DNA of 64,000 nucleotides from Podarcis erhardii. Lineage: Eukaryota. The translations under genes were made by a program, and so were the position numbers. The notes beneath the pieces are model-generated. The model saw nothing but the letters and a program-made list of their open reading frames with translations, had not been told where the DNA came from and did no database searches. Of this stretch, positions 1 through 13,139 are shown one piece after another (position 1 is the stretch's first letter; the number at the start of each line of letters is the position of its first letter). The stretch lies in NCBI GenBank assembly GCA_964252035.1, contig OZ176215.1. One strand, 5' to 3'.

Positions 1-320
1 TATAACAGCATTTATAAACAGCTTAATATTTTTTTAAAAAATCTATACAGTATAAAAATGAAAAATATAATCAGAACAAAAGTACAACCTGAAACCAAAA
101 ATACAGCAGTTTAAAGACTTGTAAAAGCATATTAAAAACAAATGAAACAAAAATTCAGAGCATTCAGTTACATAAAAATGGGCCCAGTTTTATGGGTCAG
201 GGAAAGTCACTCAGCTCCCTGGCCACAGCCTTCTGCACCAACTGCAGCTTCCGGACCAATCTCATGGGAAGCCCCAGATAGAGCTCATTACAGTAGTCCA
301 GTCATGAGGTTCCTAACGCA
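1..320 (-). mobile_element. L2-clade LINE fragment (degenerate)
   Basis: Reverse strand near 265-305 translates S*LDYCNELYLGLP, matching the L2 ORF2 LDYCNxLYxGLP motif; A-rich 3' remnant at 1-150. Confidence 0.7.
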
Positions 321-432
321 TTAAATCACAATGGCTAAGCTACCTCTGTCCAGGAAAGGCATAGTTGGTGCACCAGCCTAAACTGGTAATAGGCACTCCT
401 TGCTTTGGAATTCTCTCTGGCCAAAATAATAA

Positions 433-861
<429 letters not shown>

Positions 862-1749
862 TAAAATAACCTAAGAACTGAAGTAACCAAATCCATAACA
901 CAGGCAACAATGCAACAATAAAATACTGTTGCTAAGGGTTAATTCCCCCAAACCACAGCAGAGTAAGATATTCCGAACCTGTTTCAGGAGTGCCATAAGA
1001 GAGGGCCCGTAGAAAGGAATTCTGGGGCAACCACTGAGAAGGCCCTGCTTCTTATAAAAGCCAAGCTAGATCCTATGGAAGACTGAACTTGAAGCAGGGC
1101 CTTATTAAGTGATTTAAAGTTTTGGCGGAGGGCCATATAGAAGGAGATCGTGAGTGGGGAGGTGGGCTTGCAGGCAAATTTGCTGAGTGGGAGTTCCATT
1201 CACTTGACTGAACTCACCCAGATTTCCTTTCCAAGGGCTCGTCCCCTCCCCTCCCCTCCCCTGGAGAAATATTATTGTTACCGCTGAATTGGAGCAAATG
1301 TCAGTTGGGTTTTCCATGGATTGCCGTTTGCTCCGATTCAGCAGTAAAGAGCAGGTTTCCCTGGGGGAAGCGGCTGGGCAAATGGAAAACTGCTTGGACC
1401 CATGCTTTCTCTGCAAGGGATAAGCGGAAGTGCAGAGGAGCCCTCAAAAAGACTTTGAGGTCTTTTTTTAAAACAATCAAGTGGTGTATAAATTTTATTA
1501 GATAAATAAATCATTCCAGAGCCTCTAGCAGAAACCATCTGGATGCTTGAGGTTCCCCTGCCCCCCCCCGATAACCATGAGGACTAGCACCTTAGATCTT
1601 CTCTTCGCCTCCTTTTTCTTCAATGGATCACCTTTGATTCTGAATCTGCTAGCCTGCTGTGATATCCTGTTTTGAAGTAGACTTCTGAGGTTCATGCAGC
1701 ATTCATACCCTAGAGTTTTGAGTTGTACAATGTACTTTTTCATCCTTAG

Positions 1750-1926
<177 letters not shown>

Positions 1927-2503
1927 TAAAATTTGCAGTTTCCAAAGTTCATCAGTTACAATGCATGGATGCTAACTATGAGCACAATATAAGGCAAGCT
2001 TCTCAGTGATCAAGTTTTTAGCTTGTACTAAATTCAAGTAAAATGAACATGGTAAATTAGATCACTTTCTAGGATATCGTAATGGCTCCCCAATGCAAAC
2101 TGAAAATTTTCTGATGCAAGTTACCCTGATCTGCGTGGGGAAAATGTTCAGGATATAAACAAATAAAACATGAAACAAAACAATACTATTAAACAAAACA
2201 AAATGCTGGAAGATCTGATAAGTCCGTGGCCTGCAGAGCCATTGCCTGTGGGCTATGGTTTCACCTCCCCACTCCACACACCTTTGTTGCTGTTCTGTTG
2301 TCAGGGATCTTCATCCCCACCCTTTTGCTCAAAGTCATATTCCCTTGACAAAAATTAAAATACATGCACTACGCTTGTTAAACAAGTTGCTTCTATTTAA
2401 CCCTGTCTCTTCCAGGCTGTCTGTTTTCCCACCCCCACCCTGCTCTTCACTGTCTGTTGTCCTCCTTTATTCAGATCACTGAGGACTAGAATCTTGTTTG
2501 GAA

Positions 2504-2637
2504 GAGTGGCCATATCTCAGTGGCAGAGCATCTGCTTTGCATGCAGAAGGTCCCAGGTTCAATCCTCAGTGGCATTGTCAGGGAATAACCCCTGCTGCCA
2601 GTCAGATGGGATGAATAGCTTGATCTGATTTAAAGTA
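2504..2637 (+). mobile_element. tRNA-Ala-derived squamate SINE (partial)
   Basis: Head ATCTCAGTGGCAGAGCATCTGCTTTGCATGCAGAAGGTCCCAGGTTCAATCC (A/B boxes, TGC anticodon-like) followed by a non-tRNA body. Confidence 0.75.
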
Positions 2638-2698
2638 ATTTCCCATGTGAAATTGATGGTTTGGGCGATCAGCACTGGGAACTGGGATTTGGCAATAA

Positions 2699-2992
<294 letters not shown>

Positions 2993-3029
2993 TAAGCGGG
3001 GGGTGGAATCTATGCTAAGCAGTTTTCTT

Positions 3030-3325
3030 CCATGCCAGATTTTGGTGGGACTACAACTCCCATCATCCCCCGACACCTTAGCCAATGTTTAGGGATGATG
3101 GGAGCTTTAGTCCCAACAACAGGGGGCCCAAGGCTGAAGAACACTGATAGCATGCTATAAAGTTTGCATTAAATGCTTTAAAGTTCGTATTAACTTTGTG
3201 ACATTTAACAGTATGATGTTTACTGTAGGGACCGGGGCACTGCAGCCCTCTGGATGTTGTTGGACTACAACTCCCAGCAATCCCAGCCAGCAGGGGGTGA
3301 TGGGAGTTTTAGTTCAATGTCTTCT
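3030..3325. mobile_element. Two short palindromic MITE copies (GACTACAACTCCCA...TGGGAGTTGTAGTC family)
   Basis: Inverted arms GGACTACAACTCCCATCA / TGATGGGAGyTTTAGT at about 3030-3146 and 3227-3325; same family recurs across the window. Confidence 0.65.
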
Positions 3326-3714
3326 AGACAATGGCAGCTTCTGTAGCCCCTGATTTGCACAGTGCTCATCAGTTACATCAGTGCCTTTGTGCTGGGGGGA
3401 AGAAGGGAGGCAGGAAGGCAACTTCCAGGTGCCCCTGGAGCCCTTCCATCCTCCTCCCCTGCCTACTCCTGATTGGTGCCTTTCTGCTGTTTTACTTTGC
3501 AATCATTAGCCATGCCACTGGAAGACAGGTTAATCCCCTGACTGACCACCTGGGTTGAATAATGGTCTGTGCAGTCTGCCTCTTCTCTCTGCAAGAGAAA
3601 GGACAGCACTTCATAGAGTTATGCTGCTAGTAGAGAATCCTGGTGTATGTAACATCCAGCTTTTGCTAGGCATCGATGCTTCCTGATCCCTGTTGCCACA
3701 GCCTGTTCCTCTGA

Positions 3715-3981
<267 letters not shown>

Positions 3982-4431
3982 TAAAAGCATACCCTTTGCT
4001 AGCACTGACCATCAGCTGATTGGCAGGGCTGGCAAATCACTGTGCCTTTGCCCACATGGTTTTAATGATTTTTTTTGTTATTACATTTCTATCCCATCTT
4101 TCCTCTAAGGAGCTCAACCTGGCATACACAGTTCTCCCCTTTCTCCCCCTTTTTCCTCACAGCAACCCTGTGAGGTGGGTTAGGCTGAGAGAGCGTGACT
4201 GGCAAATTGGTTGGTGCGTTGAAATGTGGATATTTCATAACCCCCCCCCCCGAGTTTTGTTTATAACAAATTTATGTCAAACTTTTATTTATAATTATGC
4301 AAATGTACAAGAAATATTTTAAATGTCCTGAGGAGTCCCACAAGGTGGACTGATGGTCTGCTCTGGTTCAAGGCATGTTCTTCACTGCTTTAAGTTCTTT
4401 TCTGTTCTCCCCCAACCACCGTTCTTTGTAG

Positions 4432-4481
4432 GAGAGAATAAGCCAATCTGGATGCATGCAGAAGAGCGAGAGGAAAGCAAG
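4432..4481 (+). CDS. KLC2: KLC2 coding exon
   Basis: gtag|GA GAG...AAG|gtacct; (G)ENKPIWMHAEEREESK. Confidence 0.97.
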
Positions 4482-4590
4482 GTACCTCTGCATTGGGAGG
4501 GAGAAGGGAACTCGACTTTTCCTTGAGGTTGGATCCAAGCCGTCTGACACACCCCCTGCCCTTTAACCTTTAACCTTGCCTCCCCCTTAG

Positions 4591-4664
4591 GAGAAGCGCA
4601 AGGAGAAAGACAGCGCCCCCTATGGGGAGTATGGCAGCTGGTACAAAGCCTGCAAGGTGGACAG
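4591..4664 (+). CDS. KLC2: KLC2 coding exon
   Basis: ttag|GAG...GAC AG|gtaagg; EKRKEKDSAPYGEYGSWYKACKVD(S); DSAPYGEYGSWY is KLC2-type. Confidence 0.96.
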
Positions 4665-4932
4665 GTAAGGGGTAGCCCCCCTTTTCTTTTTTAAAAGGTT
4701 TTTAAAAGGTTCCTCCTGACTTTGAGTTGGGGCTAGGAGCTTGAAATGAAAGAGAAGCCAGAGGCTTAAGAAGAAGAAGAAGAGTGAAATTGCTGCTGCT
4801 GCAAGTTAAGGCTGACGTAGTTTCCTTATTTCACAATGGTTAGGATTCATTGACTGTCTTGATAAGACGAGTGAACTTAAGTACATAGGAAGAGCTCTGC
4901 TGGATTAGGTCAGTGGCTCATCTAGTCCAATA

Positions 4933-6171
4933 CCGTAATTTTCGCTCCAAAACACGCACTTTTTTGCTCCTAGAAAGTAAGGGGAAATGCCTGTGCATGT
5001 TACGGAGCGAATGCACTCGACTGGAGCCATGGCTGCCGTCAGTCAAGCAAAGCGGGAGCCGCTTGCAGGGCTTTGCACGGCTCTAGCTTTGCTTGCTTTA
5101 CAGCCAGGAGGAAGGGGAGGAGCCGAGGAGGAGGGAGGGAAGGAGAGCCATAGCAGCAAAGCGGGCAGCCATAGCGAGCCGGAAAAAGCGCTGCGTAGCC
5201 AGCAACAGCTGCTGCAGCCTCAGCTAGCAAAGGTCCGTGCGCTCTCTAAACAGAGCAATGAGGCTGCAGAGGAACGGCAGGACACAGGAGGGCTCTGAGC
5301 CACGAGCGCAGTGAAAACCAGTAAAAAAGTTTTTAAAAAGGCTGCTGGGGACAGGATGGCACGGGATGAGGGAGAGGGGGAAATTACGATTCTCCCAGCG
5401 TCTCAGCTGATCCGCTGAGCAGGACTTGGGTTGCAGGGGATTCGCCATTAGCTGCATAAAGCAGCAAAGAGGGAGAGAAGGCGCAAAGCGGGAGAGGAAA
5501 GGAGCTGCTTACACTGCTGTAAGTGGCTGCTGTCCGGTTGGCTCCTTTAAAGCAACAGTGCTCTTTCCCTCCCCCCTCCCCCACTCAGCTCACCGAAAAG
5601 CTCCTTTTCCACACACACCCCACGCGAGCTCCTTCTCCCCTTAAACCCCTCTTCTGCATCATTAGCAGCATCCTTCTCCACACACCCCATGCGTGTTCCT
5701 TCTCCCCTTAAACCCCTCTTCTGCATCATTAGCAGCATCCTTCTCCACACACCCCATGCGTGTTCCTTGTCCCTTGAATACTTTTCCTTCCCTCCCCACT
5801 TAAAACGTGGTTACAAAGCATGGATCCAGATGGATCCTCAGGATTTTTGCACTGGGTCACCCCAAGTTCACCATCAGATCACATAGCATATCCATGGCTA
5901 CAGCCTGCACCAAAAAACACACACGCACCCAATGTTTCATGGGGCTACAATGGCGCAAAAACGTGGTTACAAAGCATGGATCCACATGGATCCTCAGGAT
6001 TTTTGCATTGGGCTACCCCAAACTCACCGTCAGATCACGTCTGTGGCCACAGCATGAACCACAAAAATCATATATCCGCTGTTTCGTTTAGAATTTTTTT
6101 TTCTTGTTTTCCTCCTCTAAAAACTACGTGCGTGTTATGGTCAGGTGCGTGTTATAGAGCGAAAAATACGG
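4933..6171. mobile_element. Non-autonomous Tc1/mariner-superfamily (pogo/Tc2-like) DNA transposon, 1239 bp
   Basis: 27-bp TIRs CCGTAATTTTCGCTCCAAAACACGCAC (4933-4959) and 6145-6171 with 3 mismatches; TA target duplication at 4931-4932 and 6172-6173; no transposase ORF. Confidence 0.88.
5631..5776. repeat. 67-bp tandem duplication (about 2.2 units) inside the transposon
   Basis: Unit CCTTCTCCCCTTAAACCCCTCTTCTGCATC...GCGTGTT starts at 5631 and 5698, with a partial copy at 5765. Confidence 0.9.
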
Positions 6172-6670
6172 TATTCTGTTCTCACAGTGGTCAGTGAAAT
6201 GCCCATGGGAAACCCATAAGCAGGATCCGAGCACAAGAGCCGTCGCTGTTCCTGTGGTTTCCAGCAACTGTTATTTATCTGTGTGATGTAACAGGTGGCT
6301 TTTACAACTTATCATTTAAGATAGTTTCTGCATATAAGAACCAACACAAGTATAACAGTATTGGCAACAGTAATGCAGAGAAAAGGCTGGAGCAAAGTCT
6401 AGGAACAGCATTGGTGACCTACTGCTGGGCAAAGCAATCCAGTGGTTTAAACTGAGACCATATTTTAGCCCAGTGTGTCTGTCTTAACACAGTAGCTTTA
6501 ACTAATTTAACTGTAATTATATTAGAACAGTTATAAGATGCATAAATGACAATTGATTGATTTTTGTTTTTTTTAAAGACATGAATTTGACCATTTAATG
6601 GAAACTTTATTTTGTGAAAAGTTCCTTAAGAGGACAGCAAAAGTGCAAGGGGTATAAAGAATGCTCTTGA

Positions 6671-6850
<180 letters not shown>

Positions 6851-7319
6851 TAGGCAGAACCTGCCCAGCTGTTAGGCAGGGTGAGGCCGCTGCTTCAGAC
6901 AGAAGAAAACCCCCAGGTGGAACGCTCACTGGTGCCCTGCTGCCATCAGTACTGATTTGGGGCAAGATCGCAGCCATTTGGAATGAGATCTCACCCAAAC
7001 TCATTCGAGATCTTGTGTGCTCCGCAAGTTCTCGAGTGATTTTGGGTGAGATCTCGCCCCAAATCAGCGCTGATGGTGGTGCTATTTTGATGCGGCAGGG
7101 TGTGCAGTGGCGACAGAGCGGGCAGTGGCAGCAGAAGCAAGGCAAAACAGCACTTATCGTTTCACACACACTGCCCCTGAGGATAGGCAGTGTTGGTCCA
7201 GCAGTGGGACGGAAGTGTGTGCTGGAGGATATTAAAAAAAATTCTGCTCCCGCCTGCTGGCTTAAATAGGCCATCTGGCTTTTGGATGCCCCAGTAGATA
7301 ATCTCTGTATTCCAACTAG

Positions 7320-7469
7320 GGCATGGACGCTATTAACCAGAGCAAGGTTGTAGAACTACTGAAGGATGGGAACCGCTCCGAGCACCGATCAAACTGCGAG
7401 GGGGTCCTCAGCTCCAACAAGTGTGAAAACGGGATTGACCCGGAAGACAGAGCGGCTGAGTGGTCCGGG
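7320..7469 (+). CDS. KLC2: KLC2 coding exon (C-terminal tail)
   Basis: ctag|GGC...GGG|gtaaga; GMDAINQSKVVELLKDGNRSEHRSNCEGVLSSNKCENGIDPEDRAAEWSG, homologous to human GLDPASQTKVVELLKDG...AEWNG. Confidence 0.93.
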
Positions 7470-7624
7470 GTAAGAAGCAGCAAAACTTTACAATTTAATC
7501 CTAAAATGGAGGACACTTCAGTGTAATCCTATCCAACAAGGTGTGGGGAGTCTTTGGCGCACGGGCCCTGTGTTTAGGCTTCCCTTCAAGGATGTTCTTG
7601 GCCTCTCTTGGAGCAGGATGCTGA

Positions 7625-7801
<177 letters not shown>

Positions 7802-8144
7802 TAAGTCTTCCGTCTGGTGGCTCTGCTTTGGGACCTGGGGCGGGCAGGATCTGCTGCAGACCCAAGGTCTAGCCAGCCCAATATTTTTTATCATTGTTTC
7901 AGCGGTATATAGCTAGCTGCATGTCTCTGGGAAAACTCACAACCAGGGCATGAAGGCAACACCCTTAGTGAATATCAAAAGGGGCTGTGTCTCAACTGCC
8001 TTGCATGCAGAAGGTCACAGGTTCAATCCCTGGTATCTTCAGGCAGGCCTGGGAATATCACATGCATGAAACCCTAGAGAAGGCCATAGATCAGTGACCA
8101 AAAGGCCTAACTCCTTTGGCACTTATTTTTTTGTCTCCCTGCAG

Positions 8145-8205
8145 GATGAAGCGGGCCAGTTCTCTCAACTTCCTCAACAAGAGCGTGGAAGAGGAGGCAA
8201 GCCAG
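8145..8205 (+). CDS. KLC2: KLC2 coding exon (RASSL phospho/14-3-3 motif)
   Basis: gcag|G ATG...CAG|gtatac; MKRASSLNFLNKSVEEEASQ. Confidence 0.96.
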
Positions 8206-8558
8206 GTATACACACAGACTGCAAAACCCAGCCTGCCTCTCTCTCCCTTCTGAGTTGTTTCTCTGTTGGGTAGGGGAAGGAATTGTGGTTACTGAGAAAT
8301 CACAGGATGCTCTTTCCCAACCACTTCCAAAGCCCTGATTGAAAGGGCAGAGCAGGGACCCATCCAGAAGCACAACGGCAACCTCATATACAAGGGATAG
8401 TAATTTATGTTGCATCTCTGTAATGAAACCCAGTGCAGATGCGCCACAGAATTGTCCACCCCTAGCAGAGGCTGATTGGGAGAAGGCACATTCAGATCAA
8501 AAGATCATGCAGAGGCACAGAAAACAGACTCATCCACCCAAGACTGGGTGCTTTAGAT

Positions 8559-8895
8559 CATGGGTAGGCAAACTAAGGCCCAGGGGCCGGATCTGGCCCA
8601 ATCGCCTTCTAAATCCAGCCTGCAGACGCTCTGGGAATCAGTATGTTTTTGCATGAGTAGAATGTGTCCTTTTATTTAAAATGCATATCTGGGTTATTTG
8701 TGGGGCCTGCCTAGTGTTTCCACATGAGTAGAATGTGCCCTTTTATTTAAAATGTATCTCTGGGTTAAAATGTATCTCTGGATTATTTGTGGGGCATAGG
8801 AATTTGCTCACCCCCCCCTAAAATATAGTCCAGTCCCCCACAGGGTCTGAGGGACAGTGGACCAGCCCCCTGCTGAAAAATTTTGCTGACCCCTG
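8559..8895. mobile_element. hAT-superfamily MITE
   Basis: Imperfect TIRs CATGGGTAGGCAAACT / AATTTTGCTGACCCCTG; 8-bp TSD CTTTAGAT / CTTTAAAT; reverse-complement relative at 19233-19555. Confidence 0.85.
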
Positions 8896-9215
8896 CTTTA
8901 AATCCTTCAAGGCAGAGGTAGCCAATGCAGTGTTCTCCAGATGTGGGAATACAGCTCCAATCAGCCTCAGTCAACATAGCCAAGGGTCAGGGATGATGTT
9001 TATAAAGCCCTGGCTTTTGAGTGGCTGGCCTATTCTACAAAAGTATGCCTTGCACCCATAGCTCCACCCACTTTTTCTCCTGGCCCTCCCCACCACTGCC
9101 ATGTGTTGTTGTCCCTATGAATGGTTGCCCACAAGGCAGTGCAGCCCTCTGGCTGAAAAAGGTCCCCCATCCCTGCTCTGACATGTTGACGGTTGTCTCC
9201 CTTTCCCTTTTCCAG

Positions 9216-9296
9216 GCATCTAGTAGTCTATCTGACAGCCGTGGCCTTAGTGCCAGCAACGTAGACCTCTCTCGGCGGAACTCTCTGCTGGCATGA
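9216..9296 (+). CDS. KLC2: KLC2 terminal coding exon
   Basis: ccag|GCA...GCA TGA; ASSSLSDSRGLSASNVDLSRRNSLLA*, homologous to human [22 protein letters not shown]. Confidence 0.95.
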   Translation, partial: ASSSLSDSRGLSASNVDLSRRNSLLA

Positions 9297-9361
9297 GGAT
9301 CAGCTTGGCCTGCACCTACGTTGCATTGTTGAAGACCTGGGCCACGTCCGACCTTCTGCCT

Positions 9362-9404
<43 letters not shown>

Positions 9405-9530
9405 TGCTCTGCCTGTCACCACTTGCCCCCATGTCTAGCAGCAGAAGAATCGCCCACCCCCTGGTTACAGGGATGTCCCGTCACAATTTGCCCTGTGTGG
9501 AGCAGTGTGCACTTTCTCACACGTGTGCAT

Positions 9531-9566
<36 letters not shown>
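9362..9566. repeat. (CT)n (about 9362-9402) and (CA)n (about 9531-9566) microsatellites in the KLC2 3'UTR
   Basis: Directly visible dinucleotide tracts. Confidence 0.9.
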
Positions 9567-9568
<2 letters not shown>

Positions 9569-11632
9569 CCAATGTCTTCTTCTCCACTGCAGCATGCTGC
9601 TGTCACCCTCGTCGTTGTACTTTGCTACTGGAAAAGAAACTGTAGTTTGCTAGGGTGAGTGTGGCTCTTAACTCTGCCATCTGTCCCTCTCCTCTGCCAG
9701 CAGTTTAGCTTCTTGTAAAGGATAAGATGATCCCACCTGCTCCAAGAAACCCCTACGCTGCACTCCTCATGCATATACTGTATGCACTATATGTTTTTCA
9801 ACTGCCCCCTTCCTGTGAATGCTAAGAATGTATCTCTTTTGGTGGGGAGGAGGAATCTGTCTTTCAGAACCCCCCCCCCCCGCCAACAAAAAAGAATGGG
9901 CAAAGAGAGGATTCTTACAGTGCTTCCTAAATAAGCAATGCTACGCCCTACTATAGCAAACCTCTGAGAAAACTGTGCCTGGGCTGAATTACCCAACAAT
10001 TCAGTTTGATTTGCTTGTCCCCAGAAGAGGAAGAATTGCAGTTCCCAGGGCACCTATAGTTACCCTTCGCCATGTGAAGTCTCTTTCCTTTTCCCGCTGT
10101 GGTCTTCTCCTCATCTCTTTGCTTTGCATTCTTGTTTTGGCCTCAGGGAATTGCTGTTCCTTTTCGAAGTCCCAACCCCCACCTATGCACTTCTTTTCCG
10201 CCATTTTTTTCTCTTCTCTTCTTCTCTACCCAACCTCCCCAGTCTCTACTCTGCTTATGTACAGCAGCCTCTTAAGAAATCTTTCACTTTCCATAGCTGT
10301 TTTGCCGGGTCGGGGCTGTGTCATTTGTGCCCAGAACAGATGTTGCCAGTTTTGCCCTTTCCCTCTCCACCCCCCCTAAAATAGTTTAGGGCCAGGGGAA
10401 GAAGGCAGCTGTGGAGTCTATCTCCACAGTTTCCTGTGTCATAGAGGCTGGTGATGTCACACCAACAAAACCACCACCCACTCTCTTCTATCAACAAAAC
10501 TTGACCACATGGCATTTGCTGTTTCTTCTTCCTTCTGGACTGAGCAATAGCAAGGCATTGTGAAGCAGGAATGGCTGGCGTTCAGTGCTGGACGTTGCAC
10601 TTTCTGGGTCATTCTACACTGGACAACAAATTTCCCTGGAATGTTTGTCTCTGTTTCTATCAGACGGATGCACAGGAGTGCAGTGTAGGGGACTTTGGAT
10701 TCCAGGCATTTTCCGTCTGCTGGGAGGAGTATGGCATTGGGAGCATAAAGGTATGGGTGATGGACGGTGGATTTTGAAGTTCTTCCTTGTAATAATCCCC
10801 ATAAATCAGTGCTGGAAAATATTAGCCCAACCCCTCACTATCGTGTGACCTTATTAAAAATCACGTTAGACCTGTAAGCACTATAAATGGAGCTGCCTTG
10901 TTTCCTGGTGAAGGTTTTAAGCTGCAGCTGCAACCTGGCATGTGTGGCGGAAGAGTACGGAATTTGAGCCATTCTCTCAGTGGCAGCCAAGCTTGCCTCC
11001 TCCATGTGACGTTGGACTTCAACCCCAGTCATCCCCGACCATTGGACTTGCTGATGGGGAAATGGGAGTCCAGCAGTGCTTGGGGGGAGATCACCACTTC
11101 TGTTCTAAATTGACCCACCCCTCCAGGAGAGCATTCTCCTTTGAGTCTGCTGCTATCCTAGAGTTTCTAGGCCAGGATCTGTGTGCCTTTTAGTAGCTGT
11201 TTTAAGAGGTAAGCATTTCAGTGGTTGCAAATTCTCCATTCTGCCTCGGTCGGGAGGCAAACTTGGCTGGCATTGCACCTTCCTGCACAGCTATTAAAAA
11301 GCATGGGTGGGGGTCCTTGCAGTTTAAAGCTGGCGACTTTCCTTTGCCTCTTCATTAGTTGCTCTCTTAGCTCAGTATTTAAGCGAGAAAATGTTATTTA
11401 AACCAACAAAACAGACAATAATACAACCAGGCCCTCTCACCTGACTGTATCCCTCTCTTTCAGGAAAGTACATACAAATGGGCAGGGCCCAGAGCGACTT
11501 AACATTGAGTGAGGGGGGTGGGGGTGGATAACCGATAGCTGCTCTGGGGTGGGATGGGCTGAGATGAAGGGAATAAATGGGATGGGGCAAATTTTGCTCT
11601 GTATTTAATGATGTTGCTGTAGAAAACATAAT

Positions 11633-11638
11633 AATAAA
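11633..11638 (+). terminator. Candidate KLC2 polyadenylation signal
   Basis: AATAAA with U-rich upstream sequence and U/GU-rich downstream sequence; dispersed-repeat density rises just after it. Confidence 0.5.
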
Positions 11639-11950
11639 AAAATGAAAGCTCCTTACTGTACCTGGTTTTCTCTTTCCTGCTTCTCTGGTAGTCAACTTTG
11701 CCCCATTCTTTTCAGGTCACATCCACACCATACAGTTAAAGCACTATTATTCTACTTTTAAGTGTCATGGAGACTCCTTGGAACTGTAGTTTAAGTGTGC
11801 TGAGTAAGTACAGTAGCTCTGGAAGGTCAAAACTCTTAACAAATTACTGCTCCCAGGATTCTTTGGGGGAAGAAGCCATGATACAAGATTGCTATAAACT
11901 ATGTGTGGGTGTGACCTTTATCGCTATTGTAAAAGCCATCACTGTTTCAC

Positions 11951-12440
11951 ATTCCCAGCATGTTCACACTCCTGTCTCAGCAATGTCTTTGCTGACTCAG
12001 TCACGTCCACAAAATGGAAGATGGCAGGATCCCCAGGGACATGCTCTGTGGGGAGCTGGCTTCAGCCACCAAGCCTGTTGGCAGACCCAACTGCTTCCAA
12101 AGATGTCTGCAAACGTGACACAAAGGCTGGCAACGTTAGCCCTGCCGTGTGGGAATCCCTTGCAGTTGACCACAGCGCCTGGAGACAGACAGGTTGTGTG
12201 TCCATAGCAGTGAGCAGAAGAGGAATGACCACTGGGAGGAGTGCAGAAAGAAGAAACGCCATATTGCACCCGCATCAGAAGAACTGGATGCCTTCATCTG
12301 CCTAACCTGCAACAAAACATGTCTCTCATGTATTGGGTCTCTACATCAACAACAGGCGCTGTAACTCTCCCAACAGTTTGGCTTCACACTTGAAGGCACC
12401 CTCTTCCATTGCTTCCCATGACAGGTGGATGCCAACAAGG
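11951..12440 (+). mobile_element. RTE-clade LINE 3' fragment (frameshifted)
   Basis: Pieces translate IPSMFTLLSQ..HVHKMEDGRIPRDMLCGEL, KDVCKRDTKAGNVSPAVWESLAVDHSAWRQ and FICLTCNKTCL, typical of the RTE ORF C-terminus. Confidence 0.85.
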
Positions 12441-12860
12441 AACGGCTGCCAACAAGGATCAGCTGCCCTGAGGAAGACTTAGTTGGAGGTGTGTGCCTCC
12501 GAGTAGCTTACAGCAAAGAAGCTGACAAAGGAGTGAGGGGAGAGATAAACTGGATGATTCTAGAGAAAAGCAAGCCATGAGTTATATCGGTTGACAGTGA
12601 CTATACACCTTAGTTTACATTGAGTGTTAAATTTTGGGTGTTAAAAGTCCTGTAGAAAAGTGGGATGTACTCATAGTGGGGTGGGTTGCTGAGCTAGGAG
12701 TCTTTATCTAGTGCCTCCAAAGCTTTTGTAGAACCCCACCCCTTTCCCATTTTTAAGTCCTATTGCAAATACTGAGGCTTAATCCCAGGTGAACTATGGT
12801 ATTTGGAATTATGTATAGAATTGCACCCTTTGGGCAAGGAAGTGTGTGTGTCTATGTGTA

Positions 12861-13071
12861 CAGGGAACTCTCAACTTATGCACATTTAACTCGTGCACAT
12901 TCAGCTTTATGTGCTTGGCAATTGATAAAAAATAAAAGGTGGTGGGCATCTGGGATGGGGGGGAACTGCAATCCCACCTGGCATTGCACCCAATATGTTT
13001 TGACTATATGTAATTTTGGCTGAATTTGCTATCCCTGGGACATAACCCCCATATAAGTTGAGAGTTACGTG
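12861..13071. mobile_element. Tigger/mariner-like MITE, 211 bp
   Basis: TIRs CAGGGAACTCTCAACTTAT vs reverse complement CACGTAACTCTCAACTTAT; TA on both sides. Confidence 0.8.
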
Positions 13072-13139
13072 TATGTATGTGCGCGCACACACACACACAC
13101 AAATATCTCTTCTTATTCTTGTGTTCATAAGGGGGGAAA

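Larger units (their letters stand above)
4884..6275 (-). mobile_element. CR1-type LINE 3' fragment split by a DNA transposon (pieces about 4884-4932 and 6172-6275)
   Basis: Joining the flanks gives CATCTAGTCCAA-TA-TTCTGTTCTCACAGTGG, matching an uninterrupted relative at about 60300-60440. Confidence 0.65.

Noticed and set aside
2504-2580. tRNA-Ala-like sequences (also 27205, 50888, 52064, 56528, 62500)
   Set aside because: The acceptor stem and 3' end are missing or degenerate and each runs into a shared SINE body; these are SINE heads, not tRNA genes.
5631-5776. Direct repeats resembling a CRISPR array
   Set aside because: Contiguous tandem duplication without unique spacers, in a vertebrate transposon, with no cas genes.
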